A stretch of DNA of 64,000 nucleotides from contig CAXXHO010000003.1 of NCBI GenBank assembly GCA_963667725.2, positions 1,664,001 to 1,728,000 on the forward strand, given 5' to 3'. Within the stretch, counting starts at the first letter, position 1, and each line of letters opens with the position of its first letter. A model generated the notes under the pieces. That model was not told the origin of the DNA and did no database searches. It worked only from the letters and a program-made list of their open reading frames with translations. Shown piece by piece: positions 55,758 to 64,000 of the stretch. This DNA comes from Treponemataceae bacterium. GTDB lineage: Bacteria; Spirochaetota; Spirochaetia; Treponematales; Rectinemataceae. The position numbers and the translations under genes are program-made.

Positions 55758-56900
55758 ATGGCCAAATCCATATCTGACAAGGAAGAAGCTCCAGGAAGCC
55801 GGGACCGGTTCGTTTTCTCAACCATAGAGCTGCTCTCGGAAAAATGGTATGGAACGGTATCGGTGGCCGAGATTTGCAGGCACGCCGGCCTGTCCAACGG
55901 GCTTTTCTACCGCTATTTCCAGAGCAAGGAAGAGATATTCAAACATATCCTCGAGCTCGTCATCGAAAAAATCGCCGAAGCCCTCTCTAACCTCCCGGGC
56001 GAAACGCTACGCGAAAGGCTGGAACTTTTCGCGAAAAACATTTTTGAGTTCTCGCGCGACAATCGCTCCCTCGTGAAGGTTTTCCGCGAAGGCCAATATC
56101 GATTTTTCGAATACGAAAGACGCCTGATGGCGGTATATACCGAGGCTTTAGGCAGGGTTACCGGAGGGAAGGTCCCCCTTTCCTCCTATGTGTTCGCCCT
56201 CGGAGGACTTCGTTTCGCGGCCATCCGTTCGGCCTTCCACGGCATTCCCGTACGCCTTCCCGTCCTCCAGCGTATACTTGAGGAGGGCATGTTCGGGCAG
56301 TACGACTTCGATCCCGCCAAGGTATTCTCGACATCCATCACGCCGCTTCCCCTCGACGTGATGCCGGACGCCAGGGAACGGATCCTCCGCGAAGGCAAGA
56401 CGCTGATCGGGAAGCAGGGATATTTCGAGACGAACATACATGAGATCACGACGGCGGCCGGCCTTTCGACGGGCGCCTTCTACACCTACTTCACGAACAA
56501 GGAAGCCTTCTTCGCCGAACTCATCCACAGGGTCGGCCGGGAAGTTAGGCGCTTCATATCCATCAATCTCGATCCATCGCTCAATAGGCTGGAGCGCGAG
56601 CTTCGCGGCCTCTGGCTCTTCATCGTCTACCTGTCGCTGGAAAGATATTGCTACGGCATCGTGAGGGAGGCCGAATTCGTCCTGCCCGAAGCCGCCAAGG
56701 CATATTACGACGCCTTCGTCGACGGCTACCGGGAACATGACGAGAGCGTCCAGATGATCGACGAAACTACGGAGATCGAATTCATGCTGGGCGTCGCGCA
56801 TTATCTGGGCATCGAGGTGATATTCGACCAATCGCCTGAAAACGCCAGAACGGTGATAAGCGAAATAGGAAAATTCTACCGCTTCGGCTATGGAGGATAA
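55758..56900 (+). CDS. Tandem (two-HTH) TetR family regulator
   Basis: Two HTHs: SVAEICRHAGLSNGLFYRYF..KE and NIHEITTAAGLSTGAFYTYF..KE. Confidence 0.9.
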   Translation: MAKSISDKEEAPGSRDRFVFSTIELLSEKWYGTVSVAEICRHAGLSNGLFYRYFQSKEEIFKHILELVIEKIAEALSNLPGETLRERLELFAKNIFEFSRDNRSLVKVFREGQYRFFEYERRLMAVYTEALGRVTGGKVPLSSYVFALGGLRFAAIRSAFHGIPVRLPVLQRILEEGMFGQYDFDPAKVFSTSITPLPLDVMPDARERILREGKTLIGKQGYFETNIHEITTAAGLSTGAFYTYFTNKEAFFAELIHRVGREVRRFISINLDPSLNRLERELRGLWLFIVYLSLERYCYGIVREAEFVLPEAAKAYYDAFVDGYREHDESVQMIDETTEIEFMLGVAHYLGIEVIFDQSPENARTVISEIGKFYRFGYGG

Positions 56901-56901
56901 T

Positions 56902-57939
56902 ATGGCAGTCGCGCGCATCATAGGCACGGGAATCTACGCGCCTGGCGATCCCATCGACAACGCGAAACTGAAACGACTGACGGGCATAGAATTTGACGCG
57001 GCGAAGCTCGAGGTCAAGCTTGGAATCGCGCAACGTCATGTCGCGAGGCTTTCGGGACTCGACGAAACCACAGCCGATTTCGCGGAAAAGGCCTTGCGGG
57101 CGGCGTTGGCCGACGCGGCGCTCGACCCCATGGAAGTGGGGATGTTCGTCGTGGCGACCGACACGCCCGAGTACATTTCGCCCGCCACGGGAATACTGCT
57201 CCAGGGCAGGCTGCAGAGGGGCGAGACGGAGTCGCGCGCCTTCGACCTGGGGGCTTCCTGCGCGAGTTTCGTCGCGGCGCTGGACATGGCCGCCCGCGCC
57301 GTCGCCTCCGACCCCAGCCTGCGCTACGCCCTCGTCGTGGGCGTCTACAACATGCCGGCCTATATTCGCGACGGCGACGCCTTCGGCTGGTCGATTTTCG
57401 CCGACGGCGCGGGCGCCGTCCTTCTCGAACGCTACGAAACCGAGCCATCGACCCGAAACGGCGCCTCCACCGCAGCCTCCTGCTACGTCGACGGCGTCTT
57501 CAGGGCCGACGGCACCCAGTGGAACTATGTTGGCGTCTACGCGGGCGGAACCCGCAAACCCGTCACGAAGGAACTCCTCGACGCCGGCGCCTACGGCCTC
57601 GAACTGCTCCAGCGCCTTCCGGGCGACAGAAACGTGAAGCTCTGGCCTCCCCTCGTGCGGCGACTCCTCGAAAAGGCCGGCGTCGCGCAGTCCGAAGTCG
57701 CCCACTATATCTTCACCCAGATCAACCGGTCTGTCATCGCCGAGGTGATGGGCCTCCTCGGCGAGCCCATGGAAAAGACGACGACCATCATGGACCGCTT
57801 CGGCTACACCGGCTCGGCCTGCGTGCCCATGGCCCTCCACGAGGCGCTCCGGACCGGAACCGTCAAAAAGGGCGATCTCGTCGTCCTCGTCGCCTCGGGG
57901 GCGGGGCTCGCCGTCGGCGCTTCGCTGATCCGTTTGTGA
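56902..57939 (+). CDS. FabH/KAS III-like protein lacking the canonical His and Asn
   Basis: IIGTGIYAP, ASCAS (Cys), FADGAGAV, IFTQIN, FGYTGSA, SGAGL. Confidence 0.82.
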   Translation: MAVARIIGTGIYAPGDPIDNAKLKRLTGIEFDAAKLEVKLGIAQRHVARLSGLDETTADFAEKALRAALADAALDPMEVGMFVVATDTPEYISPATGILLQGRLQRGETESRAFDLGASCASFVAALDMAARAVASDPSLRYALVVGVYNMPAYIRDGDAFGWSIFADGAGAVLLERYETEPSTRNGASTAASCYVDGVFRADGTQWNYVGVYAGGTRKPVTKELLDAGAYGLELLQRLPGDRNVKLWPPLVRRLLEKAGVAQSEVAHYIFTQINRSVIAEVMGLLGEPMEKTTTIMDRFGYTGSACVPMALHEALRTGTVKKGDLVVLVASGAGLAVGASLIRL

Positions 57940-58000
57940 AATACCCGCGGTCGGGGCTTTTCAGACGGCCGCCTAAACTTTGCCAGTAAGGGAGCACACC

Positions 58001-59308
58001 ATGAATTGGCTCGATGTCTACAAAAGCAAGCTGATATCCATCGACGAGGCCGTGTCCATGATCCGGAGCGACAACGACATAATCGTCGGCCAGTGCGCCT
58101 CCGAGCCCCAGGGCTGCATGTCGCGCTTCCACATCGTGGGCGACAGAGTGACCGATGTCAGGGTCTTCTCCGTCCTCACGCTTAAGCCCTACGACTTCTA
58201 CATGAAGCCCGAGATGAAAGGCCACTTTGAGCTGGCCTCCTGGTTCCACGCCCCGGGATCGCGCGCGGCCCTCAAGGCCGGTACGGGCACCGTCACCTAC
58301 GTCCCCAACATGCTGCACCGCGCGGCCACGGACAGGATACACGCCCACCGGCCCGAGATATTCTTCGGCACCTGCACACCCCCGGACAAGCACGGCTTCG
58401 TCTCCCTCTCCCTCGGCATCACCTACGAGAAGGACATGGTCGAAGCGGCGCAGCTCGTCATACTTGAAGTCAATCCCCGTTTGCCGCGCACCTTCGGCGA
58501 CACCCAGGTCCATGTCTCGCAGGTCGGCTATTTCGTCGAATACGACCAGGAAGTGCCGTCCTTGCCCGCCCCCAATCCCGACGCCACCGACATGGCGATA
58601 GGCGCCCACATCGCCGAGCTCGTCGACGATGGTTCGACCATCCAGCTCGGCATAGGCGGGATTCCCAACGCGGCAGCCCTCGCCTTGCGCGACAAGAAGG
58701 ACTTAGGCGTGCATACGGAAATGCTGGTCGATTCCATGATGGAGCTGTACGAGATGGGCGTGGTGACGAACGCCAGGAAGGCGCTCAAAAAAGGAAAGTT
58801 CATCACCACCTTCGCGATGGGTTCGCGGAAGTTTTACGACTGGCTCGACGACAATGTGGCCGTCGAGTTCCAGCGCGGGCGCTGGACGAACGATCCGTCG
58901 GTCGTCGCGCAGAATTCGAAGATGGTATCCATCAACACCTGCATTTCGGTGGACCTCACGGGCCAGGTGGCGAGCGAGAGCATCGGACCCAACCAGTATT
59001 CGGGCACGGGCGGCCAGTCGGACACGGCCACGGGCGCCGTGGCGGGCTTCGACGGTCTCGGGAAGAGCATCATCGCCTGCTACAGCACGGCGAAGAATGG
59101 CAGCGTCTCGACCATCGTGCCCATGCTTCCCGAAGGTTCGGCCGTCACCCTGCACCGCAGTCTCGTGGACCACGTCGTCACCGAGAACGGCATCGCGCGC
59201 CTGCGCGGCAGGACGGTGCGCGAAAGGGCAAGGGAGCTCATCGCCATCGCAAAGCCCGAATTCAGGGGTGAGTTGACTTCCAAGGCCAAAGCCTTGGGCT
59301 ATCTATGA
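58001..59308 (+). CDS. Acetyl-CoA hydrolase / 4-hydroxybutyrate CoA-transferase family protein
   Basis: DGSTIQLGIGGIPNA, DLGVHTEM (Glu), VDLTGQV.SE, SGTGGQ.D, VVTENG.A.LRG. Confidence 0.92.
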   Translation: MNWLDVYKSKLISIDEAVSMIRSDNDIIVGQCASEPQGCMSRFHIVGDRVTDVRVFSVLTLKPYDFYMKPEMKGHFELASWFHAPGSRAALKAGTGTVTYVPNMLHRAATDRIHAHRPEIFFGTCTPPDKHGFVSLSLGITYEKDMVEAAQLVILEVNPRLPRTFGDTQVHVSQVGYFVEYDQEVPSLPAPNPDATDMAIGAHIAELVDDGSTIQLGIGGIPNAAALALRDKKDLGVHTEMLVDSMMELYEMGVVTNARKALKKGKFITTFAMGSRKFYDWLDDNVAVEFQRGRWTNDPSVVAQNSKMVSINTCISVDLTGQVASESIGPNQYSGTGGQSDTATGAVAGFDGLGKSIIACYSTAKNGSVSTIVPMLPEGSAVTLHRSLVDHVVTENGIARLRGRTVRERARELIAIAKPEFRGELTSKAKALGYL

Positions 59309-60412
59309 TCTGTCGATCCTGATATCGCCCGAGGCCGAGCTGATTTTTACGGGTATGAGGCCGGTGCCGAACCTGATGCTCCGCGCGCCGCTCTGGATGC
59401 CATCGCATTCCACGTCGCCCGAAATCGTGGACCAGCCCACCGTGGCGTCGATGTCCCTCGGGCAGAGCAGCGAGATGTCGCCCGACGCCGTGGTCACCGA
59501 TACCCTGTTACACTGATCGTCCATCTCCACCTCGACGGAACCCGACGCCGTCTCGACGGAAAGATTTTCCGTGCAGCCCGCCAGGGCTATGTCGCCGGAG
59601 GCCGTTGTCACCTCAATATCGCCCGAGCAGAGTCTCACTTCGACATCGCCGGAGGCCGTCTGTATCGAAAGATCGCCGACCCTGTCTTCGACGAGGACGT
59701 CTCCCGAAAGGGTCCTGACCGAGAGTCGATCCACCGTGCTCGGTATCCCGATTTCGAGGGTTTCAGGCTCCCTGGGGCCGCCGGTGGCCACGATTTCCAT
59801 GGTCCTGTCGTCGCGATTCATTATTCTGAATGATGGGGTGTCGTCGCCGCTAGCCTTCACCGAGAGGCCGGAGGTCGAGAGGAGGATCTTGACGTCGGTC
59901 GATTTCGTCCTACAGATGATATCCCTCACGTTTCCGATCGGCAGATCCTTGAAACGCAGGGTCCTGCCGCCGTCGCCACGCTCGCGCTCCGCGCGGGCTC
60001 CGCGACCTTCGCGATCCTCGCGATCCCTGTGTGCTTCGCGTTTCGCGTCCAAAAAGTCAGCGTCCTTGAAGATCGTAGCGACGTTGAAGGCCCGGCGTAT
60101 CACGTCCCCCAGATCTTCACCATCTATGGTGATGCGCGTCTTGGCTTTGATGCGTTCTTTTTTATCGTCCGCGCGGACTTTTTCCTCAGATTCGGCTTCG
60201 TGGCAGGTGACGCCCGATTCCTTGCAGAGACATTCGGCGAAAGTCTCGGGCTTTTCAAGGCCGGCGACGATCTCCTCTTCGCTCATATCGGGATGCTTGA
60301 GCGCCAGCTCGTCTATATGGTCTTCGATTTCAAGGAGGATGTCCCTCCTCGAGTCCTCTTCGAAGCCCTCCAGGCCCCGCGAAAGCGCTTCGATGTATTC
60401 TTTTCTTGTCAT
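59303..60412 (-). CDS. DUF1700-like N-terminal domain plus DUF4097 beta-repeat protein
   Basis: MTRKEYIEAL...DILLEIEDH...SEEEIVAGL..P; repeated T.SGD[VI] units. Confidence 0.8.
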   Translation of the reverse strand: MTRKEYIEALSRGLEGFEEDSRRDILLEIEDHIDELALKHPDMSEEEIVAGLEKPETFAECLCKESGVTCHEAESEEKVRADDKKERIKAKTRITIDGEDLGDVIRRAFNVATIFKDADFLDAKREAHRDREDREGRGARAERERGDGGRTLRFKDLPIGNVRDIICRTKSTDVKILLSTSGLSVKASGDDTPSFRIMNRDDRTMEIVATGGPREPETLEIGIPSTVDRLSVRTLSGDVLVEDRVGDLSIQTASGDVEVRLCSGDIEVTTASGDIALAGCTENLSVETASGSVEVEMDDQCNRVSVTTASGDISLLCPRDIDATVGWSTISGDVECDGIQSGARSIRFGTGLIPVKISSASGDIRIDRS

Positions 60413-60765
60413 AATGCCGTTCCTCTGCCCGAAATGCGCGTGCGGGCCCGATCGCTTCTATCGTATTCCTCCAGCATCGCGGAAAGCAATGCCGAACCCA
60501 AGCCGGTTATGCTGTAATATTTTCGTGGATGTCCCACATCGGGGGTTTCCCAGCTGGACGATATGCTGCCGTCTTTTGTCATCCGCATGAGAAGGGGATA
60601 GAGCGTTCCTTCGGATACATCGATGCCTATGGTCTTCAGGCTTTCCATCATCTCGAGCCCATAGCTACGCCCGCTGGAGCCCAGGAGTTCCAGTATGCAG
60701 AGTTCCAGGAATCCTTTCCGGAACTGGCTTTTCCATTTTTCAAAAAGCTCGCCAGACATATCCAT
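60409..60765 (-). CDS. PadR family transcriptional regulator
   Basis: QFRKGFLELCIL, YG.E, EGTLYPLL.R, RKYY.IT..G. Confidence 0.93.
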   Translation of the reverse strand: MDMSGELFEKWKSQFRKGFLELCILELLGSSGRSYGLEMMESLKTIGIDVSEGTLYPLLMRMTKDGSISSSWETPDVGHPRKYYSITGLGSALLSAMLEEYDRSDRARTRISGRGTAL

Positions 60766-60881
60766 GAGCTTTTCCTTTCAGGGAAGAAAGATAGCGGGAC
60801 GCGGGCGCTGTCGTCTCGCGGCGATGCGCCTGCCCTACCCCTTCCCTTTGCCCTCCGCGCCATCGCGGAGAGGCGCTCGGC

Positions 60882-61130
60882 TCAGAACGGCTGATTTTTG
60901 CCGAAAGACGTCGCCATGTAGTATTGGACCATCTCCCTGCCCGAGTATATATCGACCCTTCCGTCCCTGCCATAGACATCGCGCATCGCGTTACGTTCTC
61001 CGATCGCCCTGTAGCGATTGATCCCGCGGACTTTCGGCTCGACACCTGGCTGCAATGCACCGGAAACCGCGTGCACCATTCTCTGGAGTGATCGCATCAC
61101 GCGCTTCACATCCATCAGAATCGCTTCCAT
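60882..61130 (-). CDS. Small hypothetical protein (82 aa)
   Basis: AAGGAG RBS and its own promoter TTGAAA(61194-61189)-N17-TATATT; no recognisable domain. Confidence 0.6.
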   Translation of the reverse strand: MEAILMDVKRVMRSLQRMVHAVSGALQPGVEPKVRGINRYRAIGERNAMRDVYGRDGRVDIYSGREMVQYYMATSFGKNQPF

Positions 61131-61284
61131 GGTTCTCTCCTTTTCAAGAATACCTTGTATTGCATAATATAATTGTGTGCCTATTATTTTTCAATAGCTA
61201 GATGCAAATTTTTATGGATTTTCGCGATTTTTTTGCGCGCCGCGCCCCGCAACATGCCGCCACGCCCAATCGCACCTCCAGCCA

Positions 61285-61313
61285 TTGACCGCTGCCCTGT
61301 CTTTGACAACAAT
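61285..61313 (+). promoter_or_regulatory. sigma70-type promoter of tatD (leaderless)
   Basis: TTGACC-N17-AACAAT-N6-GTG. Confidence 0.55.
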
Positions 61314-61319
61314 GAAGCC

Positions 61320-62087
61320 GTGTACAGCGATTCACACCTTCATCTCGTCGACCTTCACGACAGGGATCCCGATTTTCTCTCGAGCTTTCCGGTGCCCGAC
61401 TGGCGCGGCGCCGTGGTCGCCCATGACATCGAGGAATTCGGGGCGTCGGAAACCCTGCGGGCGAGCCTTCCCTTTACGGTCGCGGGCTTCGGCATCCACC
61501 CCCAGGCAATACGCTGGGATACGGCGGATTATATGCGGGAACTCGCGGAGAAAGGAAAGATCGCCTTCATCGGCGAAGCCGGATTCGAGTTTTTCGGCGA
61601 CAGGCCCGAATGGATCAGGAACGACGAGAATATCAAACGACAGCGCGAAGCCTTCGAATTCCAGCTGACCCTCGCGGTCGCCAAGGGACTTCCCCTTCTC
61701 ATACATTCTAGAAAGGGATTGGACCTGATAATGGGCTATGGCAGGGAGTTCCGGAAGCTGCCGGCACTCATCTTTCATGGATGGCCCGGCCGTATACAGG
61801 ACGCGCGGGCCTTCCTGAAAAAAGGCATTCCGGCCTACTTTTCCTTCGGCATGCCACTGCTCAGGGACGCGAAACACGCCATGGAAACCTGCGCGGCCAT
61901 TCCTGAGGACAGGATCCTTTCGGAAACCGACGCCCCCTGGCAGCCGCCTAAAGGCGAGGCCTGGACTGGTCCCGGAAAGATCGCGGCGGTTTCGCGGAGC
62001 ATCGCGGCGATACGAGGGATCGACACCGAGGCGATGGACCTGCTGCTGCGGAAAAATTTCAATAAAGCCTTCGGCGTCAAGGAATAG
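61320..62087 (+). CDS. tatD: TatD family metallo-hydrolase/DNase
   Basis: DSHLH, GIHP, IGEAG, LLIHSR, FHG, SETDAP. Confidence 0.88.
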   Translation: MYSDSHLHLVDLHDRDPDFLSSFPVPDWRGAVVAHDIEEFGASETLRASLPFTVAGFGIHPQAIRWDTADYMRELAEKGKIAFIGEAGFEFFGDRPEWIRNDENIKRQREAFEFQLTLAVAKGLPLLIHSRKGLDLIMGYGREFRKLPALIFHGWPGRIQDARAFLKKGIPAYFSFGMPLLRDAKHAMETCAAIPEDRILSETDAPWQPPKGEAWTGPGKIAAVSRSIAAIRGIDTEAMDLLLRKNFNKAFGVKE

Positions 62088-62096
62088 GAAGACCAC

Positions 62097-63338
62097 ATGT
62101 TCAAACCATTCGAACTGGAGCGTTATTTCGCGAAGCATGAATTTTCGGCGCGCTATCTGCTCTGCACCTCCGACTGCGAAAGCATGTCGGTCAGGGAACT
62201 CCTGGCCCTGGAGCCCGAGACCGAGGAAGGCCTGCTCTCTACATGGCTCGGTTATACCGAATCGAGGGGCAATCCGATGCTGAGGAAGGAAATCGCGGCG
62301 CTTTACGATTCCGTGGACGAAGATGAGGTGCTGGTCCACGCCGGCGCCGAGGAAGCGATTCTCAATCTCTTCACCGCCCTCGTACGGCCGGGGCAGACGG
62401 TCATCGTCAATACGCCCTGCTACCAATCCTTGAGCGAAGTGCCGCGGGCTCTCGGCGCCCGCGTCGTCCCCTGGCACCTGCGTCCGGCCGAGGGCCGGTG
62501 GTTCCTGGACCCCGACGAGCTGGCCGAACTCCTGGCCATCCATGAGGAAGGGAAAACCGGAACGGCGCCCATCGTCGTGATGAACATGCCCCACAACCCG
62601 ACGGGCGCTCTCCTCACACGCGCCGAATTCGACCGCGTCGTTTCGCTCTGCGAGAGCCGCGGAGCCATACTCGTCTGCGACGAAGTCTACAGGTTCCTGG
62701 AAACCGATCCGCGCGATCGCCTGCCCGCCATCTGCGATGCCTATGAAAATGGAATTTCGCTCTCAGTGCTTTCCAAAGCCTGGGGCCTGGCGGGGCTGAG
62801 GATAGGATGGCTCGCCACCCAACGCCGCGACATCCTCGATTCAGTGGCCCAGGTCAAGGATTATAATTCCATCTGCGCCTCCGCGCCCTCGGAAACCTTG
62901 GCAGGAGTCGCCCTGCGCCATTCGGGCGAGATCATCGCGCGCAACAGGGATATCTGCGCCAAAAACCTAGCCTCCTTTTCGCGTTTTTTCGCCGACAGGG
63001 AAGATATGTTCGAATGGATTCCGCCCCGCGGCGGTTCGGTCGCTTTTCCGAGGCTGAGGCTAGGCGGGGTAAGCGGCAGGTGGGTGAACGCGGAAAGAAA
63101 AAGGACCGGCAAAGATTCCGGGCTCAGCGCCGCGGTACTCGCCGAAAGGCTGCTGGAGGAGCGGGGAATCCTCATCCTTCCAGGTGGCTGCTACGATTAC
63201 GATCCCGCACATTTCCGCATCGGCCTCGGCCGCAGGCAGGTACCGGAAGCGCTCGCCTTGCTCGACGAGTGGCTCAATCGCCAAACAGAAATCGCCGCGG
63301 GTTTTCCGAACAGAAGGCCTTTTTCAGCTCGGGGCTGA
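62097..63338 (+). CDS. Class I/II PLP-dependent aminotransferase-like protein
   Basis: F.LERYF, GYTESRG, PHNPTG, DEVY, SKAWGLAGLRIGW, FRIGLG. Confidence 0.9.
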   Translation: MFKPFELERYFAKHEFSARYLLCTSDCESMSVRELLALEPETEEGLLSTWLGYTESRGNPMLRKEIAALYDSVDEDEVLVHAGAEEAILNLFTALVRPGQTVIVNTPCYQSLSEVPRALGARVVPWHLRPAEGRWFLDPDELAELLAIHEEGKTGTAPIVVMNMPHNPTGALLTRAEFDRVVSLCESRGAILVCDEVYRFLETDPRDRLPAICDAYENGISLSVLSKAWGLAGLRIGWLATQRRDILDSVAQVKDYNSICASAPSETLAGVALRHSGEIIARNRDICAKNLASFSRFFADREDMFEWIPPRGGSVAFPRLRLGGVSGRWVNAERKRTGKDSGLSAAVLAERLLEERGILILPGGCYDYDPAHFRIGLGRRQVPEALALLDEWLNRQTEIAAGFPNRRPFSARG

Positions 63339-64000
63339 GAGCGCTCCCCGAAAATATCCTGAAATAGTCGGCGTAGGATCTCACTTTAATCAGATTGACC
63401 ATGAAGTCGGAACCGAACATGATCCTCTTTTCGGCCACCTTTCTCTTGGAAGGATCCATGCTCCCCAGCGTGACGAGCAGGGAATCGTAATATTCCGGCG
63501 CGACGCCGTTGAAGGAAAAATCCCCGTAGACCCCAGGGAAATCCATCATGAGGCCGAAAATCGCGTCCCGCCATTCGGTGGGCGGCGGCGCCAGGCGATT
63601 GGGAATGCTGTACTGGGCGCCGAGATGGGCAAAATTAATGATGAGGCCAGGGTACTTTTCCAGGGCGGGCCGATAACTCGCGGGAGAAGTATTGCGCCAG
63701 GCTTCCTCGAGGGGAATCACCCTGAATCCGCCATCGTCGCAATGGACCGTGAGGGGGATTTTTCGCTTTTCAGCGAAGGAATACAGGATTTCCACCTTCT
63801 CCCTTTCGCCCCCGTCGGCTGGCCAGGGGTCGAAACCGAGGGGAGGATAGAGTTTGATGCCGGCGAAGGGCGAATGTTTTCTCTCGGGATCGCCGGCGAG
63901 AATCTCGCCCATGCTCCCGAAATCCGCTCTCGCCTCCTCCCTATCCCTCGTATAAAAGGACAGCCAGGTATCCAGAAAGCGCGTAAGCGATTCGGGACTG
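63274..64000 (-). CDS. Amidohydrolase_2 family metal-dependent hydrolase (5'-partial; the frame stays open to the window edge)
   Basis: GIKLYPPLG, TVHC, NFAHLG, MFGSDF, NP.RFLF; no stop between 63912 and the end of the window. Confidence 0.8.
   Translation of the reverse strand, partial: SPESLTRFLDTWLSFYTRDREEARADFGSMGEILAGDPERKHSPFAGIKLYPPLGFDPWPADGGEREKVEILYSFAEKRKIPLTVHCDDGGFRVIPLEEAWRNTSPASYRPALEKYPGLIINFAHLGAQYSIPNRLAPPPTEWRDAIFGLMMDFPGVYGDFSFNGVAPEYYDSLLVTLGSMDPSKRKVAEKRIMFGSDFMVNLIKVRSYADYFRIFSGSALSPELKKAFCSENPRRFLFGD

Noticed and set aside
16906..62594. Long alternative ORFs, e.g. 16906..18489+, 21126..22376+, 30993..32303+, 33957..35270+, 52420..53634+, 61332..62594-
   Set aside because: They are antisense or shifted-frame shadows of well-supported genes in high-GC DNA, with no motifs or RBS.
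63274..63338. 65-nt overlap of convergent 3' ends as antisense regulation
   Set aside because: It is most simply a stop-codon drift extending the aminotransferase tail, which is common in GC-rich genomes.

Overview
A GC-rich bacterial chromosomal segment of about 60 genes and one tRNA-Leu(TAA). I see no mobile element or CRISPR array. The ValS and acyl-CoA ligase sequences resemble those of Spirochaetota (Treponematales/Rectinema-like); this is an inference. The window is dominated by scavenging and catabolic modules. (1) A TetR-SCP2-M24 peptidase-like operon. (2) A putative peptidoglycan stem-peptide salvage cluster: nagA-alr-dapF-alr2-M20 amidohydrolase-ldcA, plus a C26 gamma-glutamyl peptidase and lysA. 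Its DapF has Ser at both catalytic Cys positions. (3) A nucleoside ABC importer with a 5'-nucleotidase and deoC, downstream of valS and a small alarmone-hydrolase-like HD gene. (4) An acyl-CoA ligase, a GlpA-like flavoprotein paired with an SdhB-type Fe-S subunit, and a threonine-synthase-like gene followed by a gene stub. (5) A sugar-phosphate-utilisation (SPU-type) bacterial microcompartment locus: SorC regulator, 2 BMC-H, BMC-T, 4 BMC-P, aldehyde dehydrogenase, RpiB and an encapsulated DeoC. It abuts (6) a polyol/ketose catabolic cluster with an EryC-like epimerase. (7) A TetR-controlled cluster with two catalytically atypical FabH/KAS III proteins, a Liv-type ABC transporter, two esterases, an SDR, a thiolase and a CoA-transferase. 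(8) PadR/DUF1700-DUF4097, TatD, an aminotransferase and a partial amidohydrolase. All family calls come from motif recognition by eye; no database searches were run. Several starts were moved from the ORF track using RBS and promoter context.
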